Assembly: GCF_004010195.1 (NCBI RefSeq)
Contig: NC_057719.1
Coordinates: forward strand, 92,184,814-92,248,813
Length of the DNA stretch: 64,000 nucleotides
Reading direction: 5' to 3'
Source of the DNA: Chiloscyllium plagiosum
Taxonomy: Eukaryota
Part shown: positions 1 to 13,094 of the stretch, piece by piece
How the letters are laid out: each line of letters starts with the position of its first letter
Position numbering within the stretch: the stretch's first letter is position 1
Translations under genes and position numbers: made by a program
Notes under the pieces: generated by a model
Seen by the model: the letters and a program-made list of their open reading frames with translations, nothing else
What the model was told of the DNA's origin: nothing
The model's database searches: none

Positions 1-525
1 GTACAGGACTTTGGTTAGGTCACATTTGGAGTACTGTGTGCAGTTCTGGTCGCCTCACTTTAGGAAAGATGTGGGAGCTTTGGAGAGGTTGCAGAGAAGA
101 TTTACCAGGATGTTGCCTGGAATGGAGAGGAAGTCGTACGAGGCTAGGTTGAGAGTTCTCGGCCTTTTCTCGTTGGAACGGCGAAGGATGAGGGGTGACT
201 TGATAGAGGTTTATAAGATGATCAGAGGAATAGGTAGAGTAGACAGTCAGAAACTTTTTCCCCGGGCACAACCGAGTGTTACAAGGGGACATAAATTTAC
301 GGTGAAGGGTGGAAGGTATAGGGGAGATGTCAGGGGTGGGTTCTTTACCCAGAGAGTGGTGGGGGCATGGAATGCGCTGCCTGTGGGAGTGGCAGAGTCA
401 GAATCATTGGTGAACTTTAAGCGGCAATTGGATAGGTACATGGATGGGTGCTTAAGCTAGGACAAATGTTCGGCACAACATCGTGGGCCGAATGGCCTGT
501 TCTGTGCTGTATTGTTCTATGTTAA
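1..525 (+). mobile_element. CR1/HER1-type LINE 3' end
   Basis: ORF2 C-terminus [10 protein letters not shown]...LERRRMRGDLIEVYK...FFTQRVV..WN; 3' tail with short tandem repeat. Confidence 0.9.
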
Positions 526-1502
526 CATCAGGGGTACGGTATTCAATATTTAGGAAGGAGATTCAAATTGGGAAAGGAGGTGAAATGGTGTTTATAGAGT
601 TATAGAGTCATTGAGTCATACAGCACGGAAATAGACCCTTCAGTCATTTCAATTCATGCCGAATATAACCCCAAACTAAACTAGCCCCACCTGCCTGCTC
701 CTGGCTCATATCTCTCCAAACCTTTCCCATTCATGGATCCATCCAAGTATCTTTTAAACGTTGTTATAGAACCCGTATCCACCATTTCTCTAGGAAGTTC
801 ATTCTACACCCTCTGTATAAAATATTTGCCTCATGTCTTTTTAAACCACTCTCCTCTCACCTTAAAATATGCCCCCTAGCCTTGAAACTTCCCATCTTCA
901 GGAAAAGACAACTGCCATCAACTCCACCTATACCTCTCATTATCTTATAATCTTCTATCAGGCCATTTCTCAAACTCCTACAATCCAGTGGGAAAATCTC
1001 CCAGTCTTTCTTTATAACTCAAACCTTCCATACCCAGCAAGCCCAGCATTCAGCCCATTCCCCTCAAAATCTTCCCCATCCATCCACCTGCCCACATGCC
1101 TTTTAAATGTTGTAATTTTACCAACCTCCACCACCTCGTTCCATACACACACTACCCTGTGCATGAAAATTCTGCCTCTCAGATCCCTCTTAAATCTTTC
1201 CCCTCTCACCTTCAACCTCTGCCCTCTAGTTTTGGACCCCCCTACCTGGGAAAGGGACCTTGGCTATTGTTTAGTAAAGGAATAAATCGATTCAATAACC
1301 AGGAAGAATATTGGAAAATCTGGTTGTGGAATCTGAATAGATGGGGATAAGAAACACCGTGAGGTTGTTGGGGGTTGTCTATAAGCCCCCAGACAATAGT
1401 GGAGATGTAAGGGGAAGGCATATAACAGTAAATCAGAGAGGTATGTGACTGGAATCTTGGGTGATCTTAATGTACTTGTCGCTTGACAAACCTTACTTGC
1501 AA

Positions 1503-2522
1503 TGTCATAGAGTCACAGAGATGTACAGCACGGAAACAGACCCTTCAGTCTAACCCGTCCATGCCGACCAGATATCCCAACCCAATCTAGTCCCACCTGC
1601 CAGCACCCGGCCCATATCCCTCCAAATCCTTCCTATTCATATACCCATCCAAATGCCTCTTAAATGTTGCAATTGTACCAGCCTCCACCACATCCTCTGG
1701 CAGCTCATTCCATACCCATACCACCCTCTGTGTGAAAACGTTGCCCCTTCGGTCTACTGGGCGGCATGGTGGCTCAGCAGTTAGCACTGCTGCCTCTCAG
1801 CTCCAGGGTCCCTGGTTCAATTCCAGCCTCAGGCGACTGTCTGTGTGAAGGCTGCACACTCTCCCCGTGTCTGCGTGGGTTTCCTCCGGGTGCTCCGGTT
1901 CCCTCCCACAGTCCAAAGATGTGCTGGTCAGGTGAATTGGCCATGCTAAATTGTCCGTAGTGTTAGGTAAGGGGTAAATGTAGGGGTATGGGTGGGTTGC
2001 ACTTCGGCGGGTCGGTGTGGACTTGTTGGGCCGAAGGGCCTGTTTTCACACTGTAATGTACTCTACTCTAATTAGAATTGCACACAAGATTCCAACAGTG
2101 GCCTAACCAATGTCCTGTACAGCCGCAACATGACCTCCCAACTCCTGTACTCAATACTCTGACCAATAAAGGAAAGCATACCAAATGCCTTCTTCACTAT
2201 CCTTTCTACCTGCAACTCCACTTTCAAGGAGTTATGAACCTGCCCTCCAAGGTCTCTTTGTTCAGCAACACTCCCTAGGACCTTACCATTAAGTGTATAA
2301 ATCCTGCTAAGATTTGCTTTCCCAAAATGCAGCACCTCGCATTTATCTGAATTAAACTCCATCTGCCACTTCTCGGCCCATTGGCCCATCTGATCAAGAT
2401 CCTGTTGTAATCTGAGGTAACCTTCTTCGCTGTCCACTACACCTCCAATTTTGGTGTCATCTGCAAAACTTACTAACTGTACCTCTTATGCTCGCATCCA
2501 AATCATTTATGTAAATGACAAA
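1503..2522 (-). mobile_element. CR1 LINE fragment interrupted by an HE1 SINE (1760-2070, +)
   Basis: RT C-terminal peptide LQQDLDQMGQWAEKWQMEFN...; SINE with tRNA-like A/B boxes and CR1-like tail. Confidence 0.85.
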
Positions 2523-2989
2523 AGTATTGTGAAGGAGGATTTCCCAGAGTGTGTAAATAATGGGGTTTTTCTTAGACCTTTGCATTGAGGAACAGGCTAC
2601 TCTTGAACAGAACTTGCTGCAGAAACTCAGCAGGTCTGCCAGTATCTGTGGGGAGAAGGCAGAGTTAATGTTTCGAGTCCAGTGACTCCTCATTAGAATC
2701 CACCGGGCCAGAGTCACCGGACACAGAACGCTAGCTCCCCAGCAATTTCTGTTTTTTGTTTCAGATTTTCAGTATCCGTGGTTCTCGAGTTTTATTGCTA
2801 TTCTAAGCTTATGACTGATCATTGAGAAAGGATTAATTAACAATCGTGTTGTATGGGATCGCTTGGGGAAGAGAGACCATAACAAAATGGCATTTTCTGT
2901 TCCGATGGAGGGTGGAGTAGTTGGATCTGAAACTAGGGCTTTGCAAGTAAATAAAGGAAACTATGAGGGCACTGGGAGTGTCAGTCTGG

Positions 2990-4390
2990 AGTTGAAGCCC
3001 AAGACACTGGAGTGAGACTTGAATCGACATTCTGGTAATAGTACTGAAGACTTGTGCTCCAGATTTGCTGCTTTGCTAGCCAAACTGTTTCAGTACAATT
3101 ACAATGCTGGCATTTATCCGACAATGTGGAAAATTGCCCAGGTATGTCCTGTACACAGAAAAGCAGGACAACTCCAACCTGGCCAATTATCGCCCAATCA
3201 GTCTCCTCTCCATCATCAGTAATGTGATGAAAGGGGGTCATCAACGGTGCTACTAGGCAGCACCGGCTCAGGAATAACCCGCACAGAGACACCCAGTTTG
3301 GGTTCCACCAGGGCCACTCAGCTCCTGATCTCAAACATGGACAAAAGAAAGGGTTCAGAAAAGATTTACAAGGATGTTGCCAGGATTGGAGGATTTGAGC
3401 TATAGGGAGAGGCTGAACAGGCTGGGGCTGTTTTCCCTGGAGCATCGGAGGCTGAGGGGTGATCTTATAGAGGTTTACAAAGTTATGAGGGGCGTGGATA
3501 GGACAAATAGACAAAGTCTTTTCCCTGGGGTGGGGAAGTCCAGAACTAGAGGGCATAGTGGGGATGTTCATCGATGATTGCGCAGTGTTCAGCACTATTC
3601 GTGACTCCTCAGATACTGAAGCAGAAAGTGCTCAAATGCAACAAGATCTGGACAATATCCAGGCTTGGACTGACAAGTGGCAAGTAACATGCACGCTACA
3701 TAAATGTTAGGTAAAGACCATTTCCAATAAGAGACACTCTAATCACCACCTATTGACATTCAATGGTGTTACCATCACTGAAGCCCCCATTAACAATATC
3801 CTACAGGTTACTATTGACCAGAGACTGAACTGAGCTAGCCATATAAACACAGTGGCTACCAGGACAAGTCAGAGGCTAGGAACATTGTGGTGAGTAACCC
3901 ACGTCCTGACTCCCCAAAGCCTGTCCATCATCTCCAAGGCCTACGTCAGGAGTGTGATGCTGTTGGGTGCAGCTCCAACAACACTCAAGAAGCTTGACAA
4001 ACACCTACTCCCTCCACCACTGACACTCAATTGTAGCAGTGTGTGCTATTTCAAGTTGCACTGCGGAAATTCACCAAGACTCCATCGGCTGCATCTTCCC
4101 AACCTGTGACCACTTCCATCTAGGAGGACAAGGGCACCTGATCTATGGGAACACCATCATCTGCAAGTTCCCCTCCAAGCCACTCACCACCCTGATTTGG
4201 AAACATCACTGTTCCTTCAGTGTCACTGAGTCAGAATCCTGGAATTCCCTCCGTCAGGGCCATTGTAGGTCTACCTACAGCACACGGACTGCCTTCGAAA
4301 AGGCAGTTCACCACTACCTTCTCAAGGGGGCAACTAGGGACGGGCAATAAACACTGCAATGTCAGCATCCCATGAAAGTATGAAAGAAAA
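2990..4390 (+). mobile_element. Second non-LTR retrotransposon family (CR1/L2 group), decayed, with an embedded CR1 segment at ~3345-3557
   Basis: GIYPTMWKIAQVCPVH; family peptide YK.QVR.VMEY.PLAWMGAAPTTLKKL.TIQDKA in copies at ~5670-6710, ~18780-19570, ~58260-58810(-), ~59190-59490. Confidence 0.7.
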
Positions 4391-4422
4391 CCCATGACTG
4401 ATGCTGCAGTTTCTCTCTGTAG

Positions 4423-4526
4423 GACCCCAGTTATTGCTGGAGGGATATTTGTCATCAATAAATCCTGGTTCAACCACCTCGGGAAATATGACACACAGAT
4501 GGACATTTGGGGCGGTGAAAATTTTG
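4423..4526 (+). CDS. GALNT16: Polypeptide N-acetylgalactosaminyltransferase, internal exon (catalytic domain); upstream exons lie outside the window
   Basis: ctctctgtag|G...TTTG|gtaagc; encodes (R)[34 protein letters not shown](E), containing the GalNAc-T WGGEN motif. Confidence 0.92.
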
Positions 4527-4794
4527 GTAAGCATTTGTAACTTTAGTACGAGATTGCTAATGACTGATTGCTATTGTTGCTTCATGGTGGATGTTTGAGT
4601 TAGAAACTGAAACAGGAAGCTCACTTGCTGCTGTTAGCCACGACCAGGTGAATTCCTCTGATCCTTTTTGAACTGCGGCCATAGAATCATTCATGTCCAC
4701 GTGAGGGAGTGGATAGAGTGTTTGCTTGACCTCTCATTAAGAGGACAGCTCCTCTGGTAACGCAGCACTCCCTCGGTGCTGCAAAGCCTCCACT

Positions 4795-5340
4795 ATAAGG
4801 CAACCCAACCACGCCGTGGCTCAACACTTCAACTCCCCCTCCCACTCCACCAAGGACATGCAGGTCCTTGGACTCCTCCATCGCCAGACCATAGCAACAC
4901 GAAGGTTGGAGGAAGAGCGCCTCATCTTCAGCCTAGGAACCCTCTAACCACAAGGGATGAACTCAGATTTCTCCAGTTTCCTCATTTCCCCTCCCCCCAC
5001 CTTGTCTCAGTCCCAACCCTCGAACTCAGCACCACCTTCCTAACCTGCAATCTTCTTCTTGACCTCTCCGCCCCCACCCCTACTCCGGCCTATCACCCTT
5101 ACCTTATCACCCTCACCTTAACGTCCTTCCACCTATCGCATTTCCAAAGCCCCTCCCCCAAGTCCCTCCTCCCTACTTTTTATCTTAGCCTGCTTGGCAC
5201 ACTTCTCTCATTCCTGAAGAAGGGCTCATGCCCGAAACGTCAATTCTCCTGTTCCTTGGATGCTGCCTGACCTGCTGCGCTTTTCCAGCAACACATTTTC
5301 AGCTCTGATCTCCAGCATCTGTAGTCCTCACTTTCTCCTA
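4795..5340 (+). mobile_element. Penelope-like element 3' fragment (end of GIY-YIG ORF plus pseudo-LTR with hammerhead motif)
   Basis: From 4801 reads QPNHAVAQHFNSPSHSTKDMQVLGLLHRQTIATRRLEEERLIFSLGTL*PQGMNSDF (PLE C-terminus); CTGAAGA-A-GGGC-TCAT-GCCC-GAAA-CGTC at 5214-5241. Confidence 0.85.
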
Positions 5341-6299
5341 AGTGAAACTTTTACCCAAACCCCCTTGACTCTAAACTTGGACAGCATGGCCCCTCAGCTG
5401 ATACTTGGGAAAGGGAAGAGTTGTGGAGATTCCATATCCTGATGGGACGGTCAATGAAGGGTTTGTCAACGCTGTCCAACATGGCTGCCAGTGCCTGATG
5501 GGTAGTGTGAGGGTGGGAGTAGTAAGTTTGGTGAGTTTGCTCTGTACCTGTCTATGGAACAGCTGATCCAGACTCTCCGATGCTACCAAACTACAAGAAA
5601 AATGTATCTTCATTCTTCCGTGCAAAGAATCCCGACTCCAATAAATACAAGGCATCTCAGCCCCAGCATATTCCTGTAGGAGTGAGTCAGGGCAGTGTCT
5701 TCAGCTGCTGCACCAATGACCTTCCCTCCATCATAAGTTCAGAAGTGGGGATGTTCACTGATGATTACGCACTGTTCAGCACTGTACATGACTCCTCAGA
5801 CAGTCCGTGTTCAAACGCGGAGATAGTGAGGATGCAACAAAACCTGGACAATATCCAGGCTTGTTTTTCAAGTGACAAGTAACGGTCGTGCCACACAAAT
5901 GCCAGGCAATGACCATCTCCAATTGAGACAATCTAGTCACCACCCCTTGACATTTAGTGGTGTTACGATCACTGAATCCCCCACTATCAATATGCTGAGG
6001 GTAAAAATTGGCCAGCAACTGAATGGACTCACCACATTAACACAGTGGGTACAAGAGGAGGTCAGAGGCTAGGAATTCTGCAGTGAGTAACACCCCTCTG
6101 ACTCCCCAAAGCACGCCCACCATCTACAAGACACAAGTCAGGAATGTGATGGAATACTTCCCACTTGCCTGGATGGGGGCAGCTCCAACAACACTCAAGA
6201 AGCTTAGCACCATCCAGGATAAAGCAACCCACTTGATTGGCACCATATCCACAAACATCCACTCCCTCCACCACCAGCGCTCAGTAGCAGCACAAAGTA

Positions 6300-6560
6300 C
6301 TACTTACCACCCCCTGAGAAAAAGAACAGGAAATGACTTCACCACAGGAAACAACATCATCACAGGAAATGACATCACCAACCCAAGGAAACCCAAATAC
6401 ATAAATAGAAAGTAGGCTACACCACCAGTGCTTCATCCGGAGGCTCACTGATGATATCACCTAGTACGGTGACGAAACATCTGAAGACAAACCTTCCAGC
6501 TCAGCAAGCAAACCTACATCCAGAACCTCAACCTGAGTGACAAATCTTCTCAAAACTTGC
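6300..6560 (+). mobile_element. Penelope-like element (second family) 3' end, nested in a LINE
   Basis: TCA-CTGATGA-T-ATCACC-TAGTAC-GGTGAC-GAAA-CATC-TGA hammerhead-like core at ~6445-6484; interrupts the surrounding LINE. Confidence 0.65.
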
Positions 6561-8170
6561 TAACAGTGTACTGTTTACAAGATACACTCCAGAAATTCAA
6601 AGACCCTTCCAAACCCGCGAGCACTTCCACCTAGAAGGACAGGGGCAGCAGATACATGGGAACGTCATGCCCTGCAAGTTCCCCTCCGAGCCACTCACTA
6701 TCCTGATTTACCGTTATAGAGTCACACAGCTGAGTAAGCAAGCCCTCTTGTCATGCAGTGAAACCTGTGAACCAGGAAGCCCAGGTTCAAATCCCACCTG
6801 CTCCAGAGGTATGTGATAACATCTCTGAGCAGGTTGATGAGAAAGATAGATTAAGTTTTTGAAAAACAAGCTTCTTTGGCTCACCATTCTATACTGACCA
6901 ACAAACATTCAACTACACGAGTCCCATTTTCTTGCAATTAGCCCGCAGCATGAAATGAGCATTTTAAGTGCTCATCCAGACGCTGATTAAATGTTGTGAG
7001 AGTACCCACCTCTACCACTCTCTCATGCAGCACATTCCGTATTCCCACCACCCTCTGGGTGAAAAACAAATTCTCTCTCAGGTCACTGACTCCTCATCTT
7101 AAACTCAGCCCCTTTTGGTCTGAGGGAGAAAAAAGGTTCTCACTCTGTCTACGTCCTTCGTAACTTTGTAGCCCTCAATCAGATTCCCCCTCTCAGCCTC
7201 CTCTGCTCCGAGGAAAGCAAACCCAGTCTCTCCTCATGACTGAGATTTTCCATCCCAGGCAATATCCTGTGATTCTCCTTGAAACCGTCTCCAGCGTCGT
7301 CACTGTATTCTCGTAGTCTTTCCGAGAGTGTGTGACCAGAACCGCACACTACATTCTATCTGTGGGCCAACCGATGTGGCATAAAGTTGTAACAAGAATT
7401 CCTTGCTTCTATATTCTCCACTCTGGCTACTGAAGGTAAGTATACAGTATGCCTTTTTCGCCTTGTGTATCTGTGCTGATACTTTCAGGACTTGTGGACT
7501 TGTACACCAAGTCCCCTTTGTTCCTCAGTCCTTCTCTGGGAACCTCCCATTCGTTGTGTATACGCTTCCCTTACTATTCCACAATGCATCACCTTTGAAT
7601 TGTTGGGATTAAATTTCACCTGCCATTGCTCTGCCCCATTGCCAGCTGATCGATATCAGACTGTAGCCTGAGACCCTTCTCCTCACGATCAACAGCACCA
7701 CTAATTCTACCTTCTGCATTCACATCAAAGTCATTACAAGTTGTTACATAACAAATACAGCAAAGGGTCCCATCACCTTTCCCTGAGGTATACTGCTAGT
7801 CATAGGCTTCCAATTAAAAAAACAACCATCCCACCAGCACCCTTAGCCTCCTGATTACAAGCCAGTTTTGGATCCAGTTTGTCAGCTTGCCTCGGATCCC
7901 AAGGACCAGCCTTCCATGTGGAATTTTGTCAAAGACGTTGCTTACGTCCATGTAAACCACATCAACTGCGCTACCGTCATCAGTATGTTTAGTCGCCTTT
8001 TCAAAACGTTCAAGTAAATTAATCAGGCAGGATCTCTCTGTAAGAAATCTGTGCTGACTAACCCTGCGCTTTTCCAGCAACACATTTTTAAGCTCTGATC
8101 TCCAGCATCTGCAGTGCTCACTTTCTCCTAACCCTGATCAATCCCTGTCTTTCCAAATGTTGATTAATCC

Positions 8171-8433
8171 TCTCCCTCCGCATGTTTTCCAATAATTTCC
8201 CTCTCACAGACTCTCTGCTCTATAATTACCTGGCCTATCCCTGCTGCCCTTCTTGAACAAAGGAACCACATTGGCATTCGACACTTCACCTGTGGCCAGC
8301 AATCTCCCTCCGCATGTTTTCCAATAATTTCCCTCTCACAGACTATCTGCTCTGTAATTACCTGGCCTATCCCTGCTGCCCTTCTTGAACAAAGGAACCA
8401 CATTGGCATTCGACACTTCACCTGTGGCCAGCA
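8171..8433. repeat. ~132-bp tandem duplication inside an old CR1 fragment
   Basis: CTCCCTCCGCATGTTTTCC...CACCTGTGGCCAGCA occurs twice back to back, nearly identical. Confidence 0.9.
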
Positions 8434-9418
8434 AAGTGTTAAATATATCCACCAGGGTCCCAGCAATCTCCTCCCTTACCTCCCATGGCAGCCTGGGATA
8501 CATCATGCCCGAGGGATTTATACACCTGTCTGCCTGTTAAAATATCTAATACCTCCTCCTTATTAATCTTAACATGCCTTAAAACCTCACCATCCCAACT
8601 GAAATCTCCAGCTACAATGTTCCTCTCCTCCGTGAATAGAGATGAGAAATATTAATTTGAAACCTCAGCCACATCCTTTGTCTCCAAACACAAGTTGCTC
8701 CCCACATTTTCCCTCTTCCTCTAAATATACTTACAAAATGCTTTGAGTTTTTCCATAATCCTATCTGCCTAAGATATTTTGCGGTCCCTCTTTGCAGCCA
8801 TTTGTTTTCTTAAAGCAACCCCCTAGATTCTCTATACTTCTGAGGGGCATCCCCAGTTTTTAGTCAATATCAACATTCCCGGCTGTTGCTGGGTTAAATT
8901 CCCTCCCTAACGGCATTGCGGGTCTACCTACAGCACATGAATTGCAGCAGTCAAGAAAACAGCTCACCACCACCTTCTGGAGGGATGGGCAATAAATGCT
9001 GACCCAGCCAGTGGCACACAGATTCTTTTGAAGGCATAATGAAGCCTTGAGTTTCCACCTTAAGTCTCTCTACCTCCCCCACCACTTCAACATTCTGTGA
9101 CCCTGGACTGAGTTCTGTTTGGCAATCATTCCTCATGAAGCCATTTGACTGGACCACCATCCAACCAGGCTCGCTAAATACAAGTTGTGTTTCATTGTTA
9201 AAAGTAAGAAGGTTCCCTCTTAGATTGAAGAGAGTTATGGGTGCAGGTCTGGGAGGAAAGGAATATTTTTGTAACGGATTGGCAGCTGCCGAGGGGGTTA
9301 TCGCCCTGCGAGTTTGTTCCTTCAGAGCAGTTTTTGTGACCGTGTAAGTATTGATTGGGAGAAGACATCTTCAGTGTCACCAGATCCGGTGGAGGAACAC
9401 AATCTCCGCTGGAAGAGG

Positions 9419-9660
9419 TTGGGATGGCAGGCACCGGGGAGGGGCAGGGACTGGGGAGGAACTGGAACTGGGGAGGGGAAGGCAGTGGGGAGGTGGGATG
9501 GCAGGCACCAGGGGAAGGCAGTGGGGAGGGTGAGGGGCAAGCAGGAAGGAGAGGTGGGTATTGAAGATGGTCATGGACTGGGGAAGGTCAGGCAATGGGG
9601 AGGGTCAAGGACTGGGGAGAGTCAGGCAGCATGGAGGGGCAGGGAATGGGGAGGGGCAGT
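9419..9660 (+). repeat. G-rich degenerate tandem repeat / potential G-quadruplex tract
   Basis: Many GGG/GGGG runs; recurring GGGATGGCAGGCACC and GGGAAGGCAGTGGGGAGG. Confidence 0.7.
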
Positions 9661-10037
9661 CCTATAATTGGTCAAACACTTGACAGAAATAAACCTGAAG
9701 GAGTGCAGAGATATAGTTGGGAAATAGGCCTGACTGCAATGCTTCTTGGAGAGCCAGCATGGATGCGATGGGTGGAATGGCCACTTCCTCTGCTATTCTG
9801 ACAAACCCGTTACAAGCATTAACAAGTGGGGTGGGGGGGGGGAAGAAAATGAGGCCATTCAGCCCCATGGTCCTGGCAGATAATCTACATCAACGCCATT
9901 TTCCTGCATTATCTCTCTGATGTGTTTAATAATCTTAGAGATTCCCATTGTGCAGCCTGGTTACCGAGGTGGTCAAAGCTGAACATGAAAGCTGGACGGG
10001 TCTTCTTTAATCCCATAACTTCTCCACTCTGTTGCAG

Positions 10038-10164
10038 AGCTGTCTTTCCGTGTGTGGATGTGTGGAGGGAGTTTGGAGATCGTCCCGTGCAGCCGTGTGG
10101 GACATGTCTTCCGCAAGAGGCACCCGTACAACTTCCCAGAGGGCAACGCGCTCACTTATATCAG
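10038..10164 (+). CDS. GALNT16: GalNAc-T exon (catalytic domain)
   Basis: gttgcag|AG...ATCAG|gtaact; encodes (E)[41 protein letters not shown](R). [17 protein letters not shown] matches GALNT16 rather than GALNT14 as I recall them. Confidence 0.93.
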
Positions 10165-11292
10165 GTAACTCTCTCCCATAGGCTCACTTATATCAGGTAA
10201 CACTCTCCCATAGGCTCACTTATATCAGGTAACTCTCTCCCATAGGCTCACTTATCAGGTAACTCTCTCCCATAGGCTCACTTACATCAGGTAACTCTCT
10301 CACCCAGGCTCACTTACATCAGGTAACTCTCTCGCCCAGGCTCACTTACATCAGGTAACACTCTCCCCCAGGCTCACTTACGTCAGGTAACACACTCCCA
10401 CAGGCTCACTTACGTCAGGTAACTCTCTCCCACAGGCTCACTTACGTCAGGTAACACTCTCCCACAGGCTCACTTATATCAGATAACACTCTCCCCCAGG
10501 CTCACTTACATCAGGTAACTCTCTCCCACAGGCTCATTTATATCAGGTAACTCTCTCCCACAGGCTCACTTACATCAGGTAACTCTCTCCCACAGGCTCA
10601 CTTATATCGGGGAACTGCACCCCATTGGCTCACTTATGTCAGGGAACGTTATCCATAGGCTCACTTATATCAGGTAACTGTTTCCTATAGGCTCATTTAC
10701 ATGAGGGAACTTTTTCCTATAGGCTCAGTTATATTAGGTAACTGTCTCCTATAGGCTCACTTACATCAGGTAAACATCTCCTATAGGCTCACTTATATTT
10801 GGTAATTTTCTCCTTTTGGCAGACTTATACAAGGTACACATCTCCTATAGGTTCACTAATGTAAGGTAATTATCTCCTATACGTTCACTAATGTAAGATA
10901 ATTATCTCCTATAGGTTCACTCCTATAAGGTAAATCTCTTGTAGGCTCATTTATATAAGGTAAATGATTCCCATAGACTCACTATATAAGATAAACATCT
11001 CCTACAGGCTGTTATATGAGGTAAATATTTTATAGAAGTTCATTTATATAAGGTAACCATCTCCTATAGGTGCATTTATGTAAGGTAAATGTCTCCTATA
11101 GGCAGACTTATACAAGGTGCATCTCCTATAAGCTCAATTATATGAGGTAAGCATCTTATATAGGCTTACAAAAAAGATAAGTGTCTTAAATAAGCTCACT
11201 GATATAAGGTAAATGCCTTCTATGGGCTCATTTATATAAGGTTTGCATCTTATATCAGCTCACTTATACAAGGTAAGTGTCTTACATATGCA
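10151..11292 (+). repeat. 32-bp minisatellite (~35 units) derived from the exon 3' end and 5' splice site
   Basis: Unit CTCACTTATATCAGGTAACTCTCTCCCATAGG; the first unit overlaps the exon end; units decay distally. Confidence 0.95.
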
Positions 11293-13094
11293 ATATATAT
11301 GACTGACTCCTAACTGCCTTCTGAAGCAGTTTAGTAAGACACTTGATTGTATCAATCGCTATGTAGTGTCAACAAAGAAATGAAACTGGATGGACTACCA
11401 GACAGAAGGGAGTGGCCCTGGGAGTCCTCAACACTGACTGTGGATCCCATTTAATCTCATGGCTTCAGATTGAACACGGGCAAGGAAAACCGCTGATTAC
11501 CATGCACCATCCTTTCGGCTGATGAATCCGTACTCTTCCATGTTGAACAACACTTGGAGGAAGCCCTGAAGTTGGCAAAATGTTCTCTGGGTGGGGTTCT
11601 CAATGTCCACCACCAAGAGTGACTCGACAGCAGCATTACTGATCGAGCTGGTCAGGTCCTAAACGATATAACTGGGTCTGCAACTGGTGGTGAGGGAACC
11701 AACAAGAGGGAAAAAATATTCTGGTTGGCAGATAAAAAGGGAAGTGTCCGAGATACTCCGGAGGTGGGGGGGGAATGGGGAGACAGTGCAGCACCAGACG
11801 GTGACTTATGAATTGGGAGCAGCAGTTGGCCGTTCAAGTTGTTAAGCTTGCGCTGCCGTTCGATGAGGTTGTAGCTGATCTGATCAGTCCACATTCCTTC
11901 CTGTCCCCACTGACCTTTCGCTTCTTGCTTACCACGAATCAGCCTCATTCTGCCTTCACTCAAATTCAAAGAATTTGCTTCCACCACCTTTTCAGAGAGA
12001 GAGAGAGAGAGAGAGTTCCAAACCGTACACTCTTCCCCATTCTTTGTCCCAGCACGGTGGCTCAGTGGTTAGCACTGCTGCCTCACAGCACCAGGGACCC
12101 GGGTTTGATTCCAGCCTCGGGCGGCGTCTGTCTGGGTTTCCTCTGGGTGCTCCGGTTCCCTCCCGCAATCCAAAGATGTGCAGGTCAGGTGAATTGGTCG
12201 TGTTAAATTGCCCGTAGTGTCAGGTGCATTAGTCAGGGGTAAATGTGGGAATGGGTCTGGGTGGGTTACTCTTCGAAGGGTCGGTGTGGACTTGTTGGGC
12301 CGAAGGGCCTGTTTCCATACTGTAGGGAATCTAATCTAATCTAGAAAACATGCCCAGCTTTCTGGACGGATGTGCTAACATTTACTGTCTTTCCTGAACT
12401 GACTGTGAACTAGGGCTGTTTCAGTGGATAGTTCTGAGTCAGCCATATCGCTGTGGGTCTGAAGTTACATATAGGCCGGACTAGGTAAAGATTTTCTCGC
12501 TTATAGGACATCAGTGGACCAGAACTCTTTTCACATGGATCGATAGTTCCATGGTCACTGCTGCAGAGATTAGCTTTACAGGAATATAAGAACTAGGAAC
12601 AATAGGAAGTCATTCAGACCCTCAAGCCATTCAACCCCAGGATTGTGGCTGACCATCAACTCCTCTATCCTGATCCTCACAGCCCTCACATCCCTGGTAT
12701 TTCCAAAATCTATCTACTCCAACTTTAAGTTCTTTCACTGACCTCCATATCAGTCTGGGACAGACATTTCCAGACATTCATCATCCTCCGGGAGAAGAAA
12801 TTTCTCCCTATCTCAGTTTTAAATGAGTGACTCCTTATTCTCTAACCACACCCTTTAGTTTCAAGATTCCCTCACAAGTGGAAACATCTTCTCTACAGCT
12901 ACTCTGTCAAACCCCTTCAGAATCATGGATGTTTTGAGAAGATCACCACTCCTCCTTTTAAACTGTAATGAGTAAAGGCCTAAGCTACCTGACAAAGGAG
13001 CAGTGTTCCAAAAACTAGTGCTTCCAAATAAACCTGTTGGACTATAATTTGACGATACTGGTGTGAGACCTGCTTAGCTCTCCTTTGAACGGGG

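Noticed and set aside
10151..11292. CRISPR-like appearance of the 32-bp array
   Set aside because: Units are contiguous with no unique spacers, there are no cas genes, and the context is a eukaryotic intron.
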